Shown here in pieces: positions 51,039 to 63,700 of a stretch of DNA of 64,000 bases. Every line of letters starts with the position of its first letter. Positions within the stretch are counted from its first letter, which is position 1. The notes below the pieces were generated by a model. The model searched no databases. It was not told the origin of the DNA and was given only the letters and a program-made list of their open reading frames with translations. Source of the DNA: Phyllobates terribilis (Eukaryota); the NCBI RefSeq assembly GCF_046119375.1, contig NW_027362772.1, positions 267,716,001-267,780,000 on the forward strand, read 5' to 3'. A program made the translations under genes and the position numbers.

Positions 51039-54000
51039 ATGAGTGGAAAAAGGCCTGCTGCTGGTGGAAAGGGGACTAGGTGTGTTGGGAAGGGGAAAAA
51101 AGGTTGTGTCCGTGGGGTAGGTGTTAAAGCAACAGTAACATCTGCAGAAGAAAGACCATCTTCCAGCCAAACTAAAATGTCTACTTCTTTTAGCGGACAA
51201 TGTGATAAGATCCCTTTCTTACGGCCACGCCAATCGCTACAAATTCCAGATGAGGCACAAAAACAGCAGGTGCTTCAACGGATATCAAGTGCTCCTTTAA
51301 GTGGGCTCTCCTCCACATCAACTTCAACATCACAAATACTCCAGTCCTCAAAGTTGTCACCCCAATCGCACTTGCTTCCTCACAGCTCCCAAATCTCCAG
51401 CTGCCCGTCTGAGTATGAGGTAGAACAGATGGTTGAGTCTGCAGAGCTGTTTACTCATACTATAGCTTGGGAATCAGAGGTCGACTCCAGCGCTTCTGTG
51501 AATCCAGATGAGGAAATGATCTGCACTGATGCCCAGAATCTTTATGAGTCGGATCCAGGACCAGACGCAGAAGGTTCTGACCATAATGTAGACCCTCATT
51601 CCCAAACTGTAACTCCTGTTGGTGGAGACAATGAGGAAGACGATGATAAGACTCAAATACCTGATTGGAGCGACAACTTTAGTTTTTTGTCAGGGCAGGA
51701 ACAGGTTGGCTCTGAGGACGACGGGTGTGATAACGCACAGGGTGATGATGATGAGGTTGGAGATCCCACTTACTGTCAACCCACAGTCAGCCAAGAGATG
51801 AGGTCAGCAGAGGAGGTGGAGGAAGATGCTAGTGACGACGAGGTCAGGTTGCGCCTTCCTGGACAGAGACGTAGTACTGGAAGCACGTCAACAACTGCAT
51901 CCTCAAACACAACTCTGCCTCTCACCACAAGTCATGGTGGCTCTTCAGGTCGCATGGGTGCTAAGCCTTGCATAGCCTGGGCATTTTTTCAGATCGATAA
52001 AGATGACCCAACTCGTGTTATCTGTAACATTTGTCAGCAAAAGCTAAGTAGAGGCCAAAAAATACATAGTTTGAGTACTTCATGCATGAACCGGCACATG
52101 GACATGAAGCATAAGTTGCAGTGGGAAGCTCAGTGTGCTACAATGCGGCCTAGCCGGCCGGGCCAACCGCCGTCTGCCATATCTTGTGCATCCGCGGCCT
52201 CTTCATCCTCTGTGACTGGGGGGACAGCAGTCACACCTGTTTTGGGGCGCAGACCTGCCACCTCTTTACCCGCAACAGCCAGCGTGATTGGCAGGTCATC
52301 ATTTTCTTTGGAGGTGGTAACACCAGCTGGTGTTGAGCGCTGTCCGACATCGATAGCACCACCTTTGGATCAAGGCAACCTAACATGTCCGCCTACATCT
52401 TCCTCACAGACCGGCAGTTTGCCGGGGACACCCTTATCAACCCCGTCTAAGCACAATAGCCAGCCCTCGGTCCCTCAGATGTGGACAAGTAAAAGACCAT
52501 TTCCTCCTAGCCATGAGAAAGCTAAGAGGTTGAATTTCACCATCTGCAAGCTCTTGGCTACAGAAATGCTGCCTTTCCGCCTGGTGGACACAGAGGATTT
52601 TCGAGACCTTATGTCCGTCGCAGTGCCCCAGTACCAGATGCCCAGTCGGCACTACTTCTCAAAGAAAGGTGTGCCTGCGCTCCACCAGCATGTCGCACAC
52701 AACATCACCGCTTCTTTGAGAAACTCTGTGTGTGACAGGGTGCATTTCACCACAGACACTTGGACGAGTAGGCATGGACAGGGGCGTTACATGTCGCTGA
52801 CTGGGCACTGGGTAACTATGGTGACAGCAGGACAAGGGGCTGCTGTCCAAGTCTTGCCGTCAACACGAGTTGTGCGTCAATCCTCTTTATGTCAAAGTTC
52901 CTCCACTGCTTCTGCCTCCTCAACCTCCTCTCGGTCTTCCACCTGCACCCAAAGCCTGTCTGGTCATGCCACAAGCTTTCTAACTGCGCAGAAGGGATCC
53001 TGCACACCTCCTTACTATGCTGGCAGTAGGGCTCAACGTCATCAGGCGGTTTTTACATTGAAATGTCTGGGAAATGTGAGTCACACAGCTGAGGAGTTGT
53101 GGTCAGCTTTGGAGAACCAATTTCATGAATGGTTGTCTCCACTGGACCTGAAACCAGGGAAGGCCGTGCGCGACAATGCTGCAAACCTGGGTGCGGCCCT
53201 TCGCCGGGGCAATGTCACACACGTGCCTTGTATGGCTCACGTGTTGAACCTGGTTGTCCAGCAATTTTTAGCCCACTATCCCAGACTAGATGGCCTTCTG
53301 AAGATGGCACGGTCGCTGTGTGCTCACTTCCGCCGTTCGCATCCCGCAGCTCAGCGACTTACATCTCTACAGAAGTCTTTGGGCCTGCCACTTCACCGGC
53401 TAAAATGCGATGTGCCTACCCGGTGGAATTCAACTCTGCACATGTTGCAGCGACTGTGGCAGCACCGACAAGCCCTGGTGTAATACGTTCTGACGTATAG
53501 CCTGGGCCAACGAGATCCAGAGGTGGGGCAAATCACGCTGGAGGAGTGGTCTCAGATCAGGGACCTATGCACCCTTCTGCACAGTTTTGAAATGGCGACG
53601 AAGATGTGTAGTGCTGACGATGCCATTATCAGCATGACTATTCCGGTGATTTACATGCTGGAGCACATGTTAAACAGAATTCGGAGTCAGGTGGTGGCAC
53701 AAGAGGAGGTGGAGGAAGTAGAGGAGGAGGAGTTGTATGCGGAAGGGCTAACATCTGCAAGGTCCAGACGGTCGGCAGCACCAAGGCGGCAGGCATGTGA
53801 GGGTGGGGGAGATGGTTTTACCAGGGCGCATGGTAGCAGCCAAACTAGTGAGGAAGGTGCAGGAGCCCAGGAAGAAGTGGAGGACGAACTGATGGAAGAC
53901 TCATCAGATGAGGGAGACCTTGATCACATTTCTGTTGTGCGAGGTTGGGGGGAGAGGACAGAGGAAGGAAGCATGATTGTTACCTCGCCACCAACACAAC

Positions 54001-54740
54001 AGGGACTTGGTGCTCCTGGATGCGCAACACACATGAGTGCCTTCTTGCTGCACTACCTGCAACATGACCCTCGAATTGTGAGAATTAGAAATAATCCTGA
54101 CTACTGGGTTGCCACACTGTTAGATCCCCGGTACAAAAGTAAATTTGCAGAAATTATTCCTGCCATAGAAAGGGATGCACGCATGCAGGAGTATCAGCAG
54201 AGACTGTTGCAGAATCTTACATGTGCTTTTCCACAAAATACCAGTGGTGCACGTAGTGAATCTCACAGTTCCAACTTGCCAACCGTGGGACCGTCAAGTG
54301 TTCAGCACTCAAACCGTAACAGAACCACAGTATCTGCTGGTAACATCAATTTTGCGGAATCATTTCACAACTTTTTTAGCCCATCCTTTGCAAGGCCACA
54401 GGAGACAAGAAGTCTGACACATAGTCAACGCCTAGAGACGATGGTACAGGAGTATCTCCAAGTAAACATTGAAGCCACGACTGTGTCACTGGACCCTTGC
54501 TCTTTTTGGGCTTCCAATCTGGATAAATGGCCGGAGCTAGCCACTTACGCCTTGGAGATCTTGTCATGCCCCGCAGCCAGCGTTCTGTCTGAACGTGTGT
54601 TCAGCGCTGCTGGTGGTGTGCTGACAGATAAGCGCACGCGGCTCTCCACTGATAATGTAGACAGACTCACATTCATAAAGATGAACAAATCATGGATGCG
54701 AAACGACTTTTCTACCCCTGTGTCATTCTGGGGAGAGTAA
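51039..54740 (+). pseudogene. hAT transposase of A2, 1233 codons with one in-frame stop (53481-53483)
   Basis: Same motifs as A1. ORFs 51039-53483 and 53523-54740 are in frame; TAA stands where A1 has CAA. Confidence 0.93.
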
Positions 54741-54790
54741 AAGCTTGATGATTGGTTAAAATCACCCTACCAACCGTTTTAAGCTTTCAA

Positions 54791-55010
54791 ATTACTAATC
54801 ATGTTTATCTGTATCTTGGCTGGAAAATAATTTGGGCTTTGTAGCAGTGTGCAGCACTGATTCTATTAGGCCATCTATAATAAGCTCCACCAGATTTAAA
54901 ATTACTAATCATGTTTATCTGTATCTTGACTGGAAAATAATTTGGGCTTTGTAGCAGTGTGCAGCACTGATCCTATTAGGCCATCTATACTAAAGCTTCA
55001 CCAGATTTAA
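54791..55010 (+). repeat. 110-bp tandem duplication private to A2
   Basis: ATTACTAATCATGTTTATC at 54791 and 54901; single copy in A1 (~12660-12770). Confidence 0.9.
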
Positions 55011-55176
55011 AATTAATAATAATTTTTAGCTGCATCTAGCCCGGAAAATAATTTTGGGGCTCCGAGATGCGCAAGACACATAAGTGCCTTCTTGCTGCAC
55101 TACCTGCAGCATGACCCTCATAATGTCAGAATTCGAAGTAATCATGACTACTGGGTTGCCACACTCTTAGATCCCC

Positions 55177-56550
55177 CAAACTTTTCGATCAACCTTTTCA
55201 TTTTAATAAAGACCAAAAAAATGGTCATTTTTGAAATTATAAGCATTAGCAGGTTGTTAGAAACTGAAATCAAACAGTTTTCAACTCAAAACTTTATTCT
55301 AGGTGATGTTACATTTTCACATAGGACCCCTTGTTCGAAAGGAGCTTCTGAACTCTCTCGTCCATTGAATTTGTCAGGTTTTGGATGGTTTCTGCTTCAA
55401 TTGTTTTGCATGAGGACAGAATACCCTCCCAGAGCTGTTGCTTAGATGTGAACTGCCTCCCGCCATCATAGACACTCCTTTTGATGATGCTCCAAAGGTT
55501 CTGAATGGGGTACAGGTCAGGGGAGCATGGGGGTCACACCATAAGTTTGTCCCCTTTTATGCCCATATCAGCCAGAGATGCAGATGTTTTATGTGCAGCA
55601 TGAGATGGTGCATTATCATGCAGAAAAATGATCTTGCTGTGAAATACACGGTTCTTCTTCTTGAACCATGGCAGGAAGTGCTGTTTGAGGAAATCCACAT
55701 ACATTATGGAGTTCATCTTTAGCGCCTTCAGGGATCCTAAAGGGGCCGACAATCTCTCTCCCCATGATTCCAGCCCAAAACATTACTCCACCTCCTCCTT
55801 GTTGGCGCTGTAGCCGTGTTTGCGTGGGGTGTCCATCAACCAGCCATCTTCCACTCCATCCATCTGGACCATTGAGCGCTGCACGGCACTCATCCGTGAA
55901 CAAAACAGTTTTGAAATCAGTCTTCATGTAATGTTTGGCCCACTGGAGCCGTTTCTGCTTGTGTGAAGTGGATAGAGGAGGTCGACAGGATGGCGTATGC
56001 ACAGCTACAAACCTCTGAAGGACCCTGCATCTTGTTGTTCGGGGGACGTTGGAGGCACAAGCAGCTTCAAAAACTTGTCTGCTGCTATGACAAGGCTTTT
56101 TTGCCGCTGCTCTTTCAACCTGACGTAATTACCTGTAGGAAAGAGTCCTCAATTTGCCCTTATCAGCACGCACACGTGTGTACTGTGAATCAGCTACATA
56201 CTTCTTGATTGCCAAGACACTTCATCCTGATCATCGCACAATGTTGATTGTAGTCATGCCTTGACCTAAACACTCCACAATTTGTTGCTTCTCAGCAGCC
56301 GACACATCCTTTTTCTTTCCCATTTTGGCAGAAAATGTAGGCTGCTTAATAATGTGAGACAGCCTTCTTAAGTAGTCTTGCCTTTCATTGGACACACCTG
56401 CCAAACTAATTAGCACAGGTGTCTGCAATTGCTTACAGTGATATAAAGAGCCCTGACACACATCACCATCAATGAGTTTAACTGACAAACAAACAAATTC
56501 TTCCCTTATCACTCCTAAACACTTTTTGCATAATAATTTGGAACGCAGTG
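55177..56550 (-). mobile_element. Truncated Tc1 (cargo of A2)
   Basis: Reverse complement of 11122-12495 with the same truncation point. Confidence 0.9.
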
Positions 56551-56620
56551 TACATGTGCTTTTCCACAAAACACCAGTGGTTCACGTAGTGAATCTTACA
56601 GTTCTAACTTGCCAACCGTG

Positions 56621-58444
56621 GTCTGTATGGAGTTGTTCAATAAAGGGCCCAAAATTAAGATAACATAGATGGGAGAGGTCTCTATGAATAGGAATTCCTA
56701 AGTATTTGATACCCTGTGAGGGCCAGGCAAAGGGAAAGTTGGACTGGATGGAATCCTATATGGATTTGGGGAGGGAGACATCGAGGGCCTCAGACTTCGC
56801 TGCATTGATTTTAAAATTTGACCATGTAACAAAGTGATCTATTTCAGCCATAACAGCATGGATGGATATATGTGATTTAGTGATATATACTAGGACATCA
56901 TCAGAAAATAGAGAGCACTTGTACTCGGTGCCTCCCACCTCAATCCACCTAATATTGGGGTTATGGCGAATTGATGAGAGCAGGTGCTCCGTCACTAGGA
57001 TGTATAAGAGAGGGGACAGAGGACATCCCTGCCTTGTCCCATTGGTGATTGTGAAAGGTGATGAAAATGTTCTGATGCACCCCCTGGGCCTTGGGACACC
57101 CGTAGCCGGACCCTTTTTGGTGGATGTTGGTGGTTGCAGTCTTCGTGGCGGCGACCCGGTTCCGTGGCTCAGGGTGGTCAAACCAGTGGCGGAACTATTT
57201 ATGTGGTTTTGATGTTTAAATGTCCGACTACGCCACCCGTGGATTGCGGTCAGAGTGAACCGCCGCTGCAGGGCAGACCGCTGAGGCTGGTGTTGTGGGT
57301 GCAGCAGAGCGTAGCATAACTCCCCACGGGAGGAGTATAGCCTCAGGGCAGTGTATGCGGAGGATGGGGGTGATGGTGCAGGACAGCAGCAGTAACGACA
57401 CGGAGTCAGTGATGCAGTCCAGGGCCTTTACTCACAGTTCTTATTATCCAGACCACGTCTGCAGGTAACGGCTGCCCACGTCGTACTGTGCTCACCAGGT
57501 GAGGGGCTCAGACAACTCCCAGATAACTTTGGAGTGCTTCACAGGACCCCCTTTGTGTGTCCTTTGTCTGGCCTTTCTTACCAACCCTTCTGTCCGGCTG
57601 CCTCGAGCCTCCTCTTGGTAAACTTGGCGCCAGTTTCCCTGACCCTATGTGGTGCCTTCCTAGCGGGTGTAGCGAGGGGCTGCGCCACATAAAATGTCAC
57701 AGCCTCCGGTTTCTAGCTGAGGGTCGTTTCCTGCCTCCACTAGTTTCGGGGACCGGTCTCCCCCTTTGGCCTGACCCCTCCACGCAGGTGGATTCTGGCG
57801 TGCGGTGGTGACTCGCCCGTCCGCACCCCTGGGATCCCTTCATTCCTCGTTCCTGGAGCCTTCTCCGCTCCTCTTCCTTCCTTCTCCCTCTTCCAGGCCT
57901 GGGCCTCTGTTACTAGGCCCGCCTCCGGAGCAGAGCTCATGCAGAGCCCCTGCTCCCTGCCACTTCTGCTCAGACTTCTCTGCACTGAACTAAGATGGTG
58001 CCCACCTTTTATACTCCCTTCTCAATGCACCCAGGAACTGCTTCCTCCCTGCTCCTGCACTACAGGGTTCCCCTTCCTCAGTGTTCCCTCCCCCCACTCC
58101 AGCCAGGGACAGGGACTGTCGTGCCCATCTCAGAGGCATATTGGTCGCCCTGCCCCACGGCAATGTGGTGTATTGCATGCAGGTGTCGGGTCCTGATCCA
58201 CACTCCATCCTTACCTGAGAGTGAGATATCACACCTCTGGGTGAGGTGTAAAACCTCTGTAGCAACCGAGCCCTCAGGGTGCTACAGTTCCATTTATCTT
58301 CAGCCTAGGTGACGTATTGTGATACAGGGCCGTGATTTTGGCTATAAAAGGGTCCCCTAGACCCCTACCCCAAGCTTTTTAAGAGAATCATATATGGCGT
58401 GCCAGGAAACTCTATGGAATGCTTTCTCAGCATCCAACGAGAGT
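56621..58444 (-). mobile_element. L1 RT fragment split by a solo LTR at 57073-58286 (TSD GTTC) (cargo of A2)
   Basis: NGTRQGCPLSPLLY, LFSDD; same junctions as in A1. Confidence 0.9.
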
Positions 58445-58521
58445 ATCTAATTACAAATTTTTAACTGCATCTAGCCCAGGAAATACTTTGTGCCTAGTAG
58501 CAGTGTGTGCTAGTCAGCGGA

Positions 58522-58822
58522 TTATCCCGGCTGTTAAGCAAGCTACACCACCTGTAGTTTAGACACTTAATTTTTTGAAAGGAAATGCTTTGGGACCATG
58601 GGATACTCAGTGAAGAGCATCAGGAGGCACCCCAAGGCATAGGGGCTGGGACTGGCAGTAGGATGCCTTGCGGTGGACAGCCGAGCTCGATCCTTATAAA
58701 AGCTTTTTAACTGCAGCAGCTTTAGTGGACGCTACTGGAGCTGGAATTACGCGGCTGCTGGCATGAGACTTGCCCTCCAATAGATCCTTGTAAATGGATT
58801 TAAAGTGTATTCATTCAAATTA
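58522..58822 (-). pseudogene. 18S rRNA gene fragment (cargo of A2)
   Basis: Reverse complement of 8850-9150, e.g. TGGAGCTGGAATTACGCGGCTGCTGGCA at ~58736. Confidence 0.9.
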
Positions 58823-60589
58823 GAGAGACAATTTAAATTAAAAAGCTTAGAGCTGCCTCCACCACAGGGGGGCTCGCTCGACCCACCAGCGGACAGGCAC
58901 CAGTATTGGGAGAGGGGGGCTGGCCATCAGGGTTCACCGCGGCTCTGGCACAACCCGGCGACACGGAGGTGGCACGGGCAGGAGCGGACTGGCCGTGTTG
59001 GCTTCTCACTTTTTGGATTTTAGAAGGGCATGACATGCCTATATCTGTGTCTCCCCCTCCTTTTACTCCTCCACCTCTTTTCTTTTCGCATGACTATATG
59101 TACTTGTCACTTTTCCATGTGTTAGTTATGTCTTCTGAGCAGTTTGTCAGCTTTTGGACACCTTTGAAGGTGTTTTCTATGTGTTTCTATGTGTTTTTGT
59201 TTGCCTGCCATTGGTTTTAACGGTGTTCGAAGGTGTTCGACGAACAGTTCAACGAACAGTTCGGCGAACACACGGGTGTTCGACGAACCGAACCGAACTA
59301 GAACACTACGGGGGTGGCTCAACACTGCTAATAAGTGTCTCAGCCACCACTGGAGACTGAACGAGTGATGGATGGATAGTACATGGATAGATGGATTGTA
59401 ATGTTGTGATAAACTTGCCTGGTTATGTCTGAAGGTCCTTGTATCTTGTTATCACCCTGATGAGTAGAAGATCAGTAGAATAACTATTAAATCTTTCATG
59501 GAAAATCTTGAGTCCAAATTCATGTTTTTTTCAAAGCTGACCATCTTTCGAAGCGCATGTTGGGATATTTGTTGAGCAAAGCGAAAAGGTAATCAAAGAA
59601 ACATAGTTACTGCACATTATCAGTGTCTTAGAACTTTATATAAGAAGTTTGGTTTGATATTTATTATTGCATGGAGAATAATTTATTAAAATTATTGAAG
59701 AACATACATGGACACAACGCTAATACACCAATGAGATAAAGCTCCATTAAAACTTTACTTTTATTTCTTCAATATATAAAACAAGGTATGCAAATAGAAG
59801 CTGCAGATATGTTTTGGGGGTTACGGCTTTTTTACAACTCAATATAATCTCCCTCAACATTTATTCTTATGTGGTGACTGTATAAAGACTTTTGATCTTG
59901 GAGTAAGAACATCTTCAATTCTTTAGAGATATTTAGTCATTTCATTGTTGATCATATGTACGATTAACATTAAAGGTTTTTGCTAACTTATCAGAGAATA
60001 GCATGACGTAGGCAAAGAGACCCTGATTCAGACAATGTATCACTTAGTTTAGTGGGTGCAGCAGTTCCCACACATTCAGAGGTCTTAGATACAGCCTGAG
60101 AAAGCTAAGAAAGCTAGTCCCGCCCACACCAGGCTCTGTATGTACATAGTCTATTGAAAGTTAGCTACTTATCACAGGAGAGGGTGGAGTCGGACTAGCA
60201 AGAATATGCCAGGTAGTCTAAGCAATGATAATTTCCTTGTGATAAAACCTTCACTGTAAGTAAACAATAGCACAAAGTTTGATAAGTGACACGACACATT
60301 AAGTCCAGTGTTTTAACCCCTACCTCATGCTGTCCTCAGATTGCATAGGAAAAACCTGCTGACAGATTCCCTTTAAGAGAAATATCTATTTTCTACACCT
60401 GTCCCGGATCTGGGCTCTGCTCTCTTCACCCCAGTTCACTAAACTCTCCACATCGGGCTTTGCAAGTATCCCGGCGTGCTCCCATGTGGTCTTCTACCTA
60501 GGCCTATACATGACCTTCCAAGGCACACACCTATGTCTTGATATTAAAACTTTTAGTTTGTCTGTGCATGACAACCTGTATGTGGTGTC

Positions 60590-60790
60590 CATATCGTCTC
60601 CTGTCTGCCTATGGCTTCCAGTACCTCTGCGACCTGTTCTCAGTCTTACAGGACCTCTGCTACCAGTCTGCTGTCTACAGGATGTCTACAGGATGTCTCC
60701 TGTCTGCCTGCGGCTTCCATTACCTCTGATACCTGTTCCTGATCTTCCAGGACCTCTGTTCCCCGTCAGTGGTTTCCAGGACGTCTCCTG
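60590..60790 (+). repeat. ~88-bp minisatellite that is the insertion site of A3
   Basis: GTCTCCTG at 60596, 60695 and 60783 with similar intervening sequence. Confidence 0.7.
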
Positions 60791-63700
60791 TAGAGATGAG
60801 CGTTGTTCTACTCGAACTGTTCGCCAATCTCAAATTCGAGCTGTTTTGGGCGGTGTTCGAGCCGTTCGGCGAACACGAACGATTTGAGAAAAATTCGGCT
60901 GTTCGAGGTTATGTTCGATAACTGTTCGTGCACCAAAATCATAACTGGATTTTTTCTCAGTAATGATGAAAATTAATGTTAATACGCAGTTTGAGTGTAC
61001 AGTGGGGTGGGGGGAGGGGCAGGGGATGGATCTCTGCAGGAATAATGAAGATCTCCATTTTTTTTTCTCTTTCCCGCATTTACAGTGGGGAGGTGCAATC
61101 TGTCAGCCTATCAGCAGCGCACACACGGAGCGAAGTGCTTTTTTTCACACAAGCAAGGGCATGTGTCATTGGCAGTGTATGTCACATGTCCTTGCCCTAT
61201 AAGACCAAGCCATTTTCCCAGTCGCCACCATTTTCTCACTGCTGCAGCTGCGTGTTAGACGGCACCGCTGTTGCTGTGTGCGCTATACCTTGTTAATTTC
61301 AAGCCAATTATCGCACAAATCTACAGATAGCTTGGGAGTAGGGAATAGTTGTGATTGCAGTCCTTTTAAGGACTAGGTTACAGCATTTCCTACGACTTTT
61401 ATCAGGCAGGTCTGTGCTCTTAAATAGATAGGTTGGGGGAGTAAAGACTAATTGTAATTGCAGTCCTTTTCAGGACTAGGTTACATCAGTTCCTATCAGT
61501 TTTTGCCAGGCAGGTCTGTGCCAGTGCTATGCAAGTTTTTTTCACAGCATTTGGCTGAATCTAGCAAAGCTAATCCTTTTTGGCCTATTGCAGAGTGTGT
61601 TAGTCAGTGGAGTAGCCTATCTGTGTTGCAAGATATACCACCTGTGTATAGAATACCAATTTTTTTTACTGCACCTAGTGAAGTAAAATCTTTTGGGCAT
61701 AGCATCATTCTATTAGTCCATCTATACTGACCTCCATCAGGTTGCAAATTGAATATAATTTTTTTCTGCATCTAGCTCTGAAAAAATATTTGGCCTTCTA
61801 GCAGTGTGTGGGACTTTCTCTATTAGTCCATCTATACTGACCTCCATCAGGTTGCAAACTGAATATATTTTTTTCTGCATCTACCTCTGAAAAAATATTG
61901 GGCTTGTAGCTGTGTTTGGGACTTGTTTTATTAATCCATCTATACAGACCTCCATCAGGTTGCAAACTGAATATAATTTTTTCTGCATCTACCTCTGAAA
62001 AAATATTTGGGCTTCTAGCTGTGTGTGGGACTTGTTCTATTACTCCATCTATACTGACCTCCATCAGGTTGCAAACTGAATATAATTTTTTTCTACATCT
62101 AGCTCTGAAAAAATATTTGGCCTTCTAGCAGTGTGTGGGACTTTCTCTATTAGTCCATCTAGACTGACCTCCATCAGGTTGCAAACTGAATATAATTTTT
62201 TTCTGCATCTAGCTCTGAAAAAATATTTGGCCTTCTAGCAGTGTGTGGGACTTTCTCTATTAGTCCATCTATACTGACCTCCATCAGGTTGCAAATTAAA
62301 AATCATTTTTATCTGCATCTAGCTCTGAAAAAATATTTGGGCTTCTAGCTGTGTGTGGGACTTGTTCTATTAATCCATCTATAATGACCTCCATCAGGTT
62401 GCAAATTGAATATAATTTTTTTCTGCATCTAGCTCTGAAAAAATATTGGGCTTCTAGCTGTGTGTGGGACTTGTTGTATTATTCCATCTATACTGACCTC
62501 CATCAGGTTGCAAACTGAATATATTTTTTTCTGCATCTACCTCTGAAAAAATATTGGGCTTCTAGCTGTGTGTGGGACTTGTTCTATTAATCCATCTATA
62601 CAGACCTCCATCAGGTTGCAAACTGAATATAATTTTTTTCTGCATCTAGCTCTGAAAAAATATTTGGCCTTCTAGCAGTGTGTGGGACTTTCTCTATTAG
62701 TCCATCTATACTGACCTCCATCAGGTTGCAAACTGAATATAATTTTTTTCTGCATCTAGCTCTGAAAAAATATTTGGCCTTGTAGCAGTGTGTGGGACTT
62801 TCTCTATTAGTCCATCTATACTGACCTCCATCAGGTTGCAAACTGAATATAATTTTTTTCTGCATCTAGCTCTGAAAAAATATTTGGCCTTCTAGCAGTG
62901 TGTGGGACTTTCTCTATTAGTCCATCTATACTGACCTCCATCAGGTTGCAAACTGAATATAATTTTTTTCTGCATCTAGCTCTGAAAAAAATATTGGGCT
63001 TCTAGCTGTGTGTGGGACTTGTTGTATTAGTCCATCTATACTGACCTCCATCAGGTTGCAAACTGAATATATTTTTTTCTGCATCTACCTCTGAAAAAAT
63101 ATTGGGCTTCTAGCTGTGTGTGGGACTTGTTCTATTAATCCATCTATAAAGACCTCCATCAGGTTGCAAACTGAATATAATTTTTTTCTGCATCTAGCTC
63201 TGAAAAAATATTTCGCCTTCTAGCAGTGTGTGGGACTTTCTCTATTAGTCCATCTATACTGACCTCCATCAGGCTGCAAACTGAATATAATTTTTTTCTG
63301 CATCTAGCTCTGAAAAAATATTTGGCCTTCTAGCAGTGTGTGGGACTTTCTCTATTAGTCCATCTATACTGACCTCCATCAGGTTGCAAACTGAATATAA
63401 TTTTTTTCTGCATCTAGCTCTGAAAAAATATTTGGCCTTCTAGCAGTGTGTGGGACTTTCTCTATTAGTCCATCTATACTGACCTCCATCAGGTTGCAAA
63501 TTAAAATTAATTTTTATCTGCATCTACCTCTGAAAAAAAATTTGGGCTTCTAGCTGTGTGTGGGACTTGTTCTATTACTCCATCTATACTGACCTCCATC
63601 AGGTTGCAAATTGAATATAATTTTTTTCTGCATCTAGCTCTGAAAAAATATTGGGCTTCTAGCTGTGTGTGGGACTTGTTGTATTAGTCCATCTATACTG

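Larger units (their letters stand above)
48686..59327 (+). mobile_element. hAT family A, copy A2 (10642 bp), inverted relative to A1, same cargo
   Basis: Exact 8-bp TSD CTAATAAG (48678-48685, 59328-59335); ends TAGAGATGAGCG / GCTCAACACTG; collinear with the reverse complement of A1. Confidence 0.95.

Noticed and set aside
8349-59327. A1/A2 as an inverted segmental duplication or assembly mirror artefact
   Set aside because: Each copy has its own exact and different 8-bp TSD, similarity stops at the TIRs, and there are private substitutions and indels throughout.
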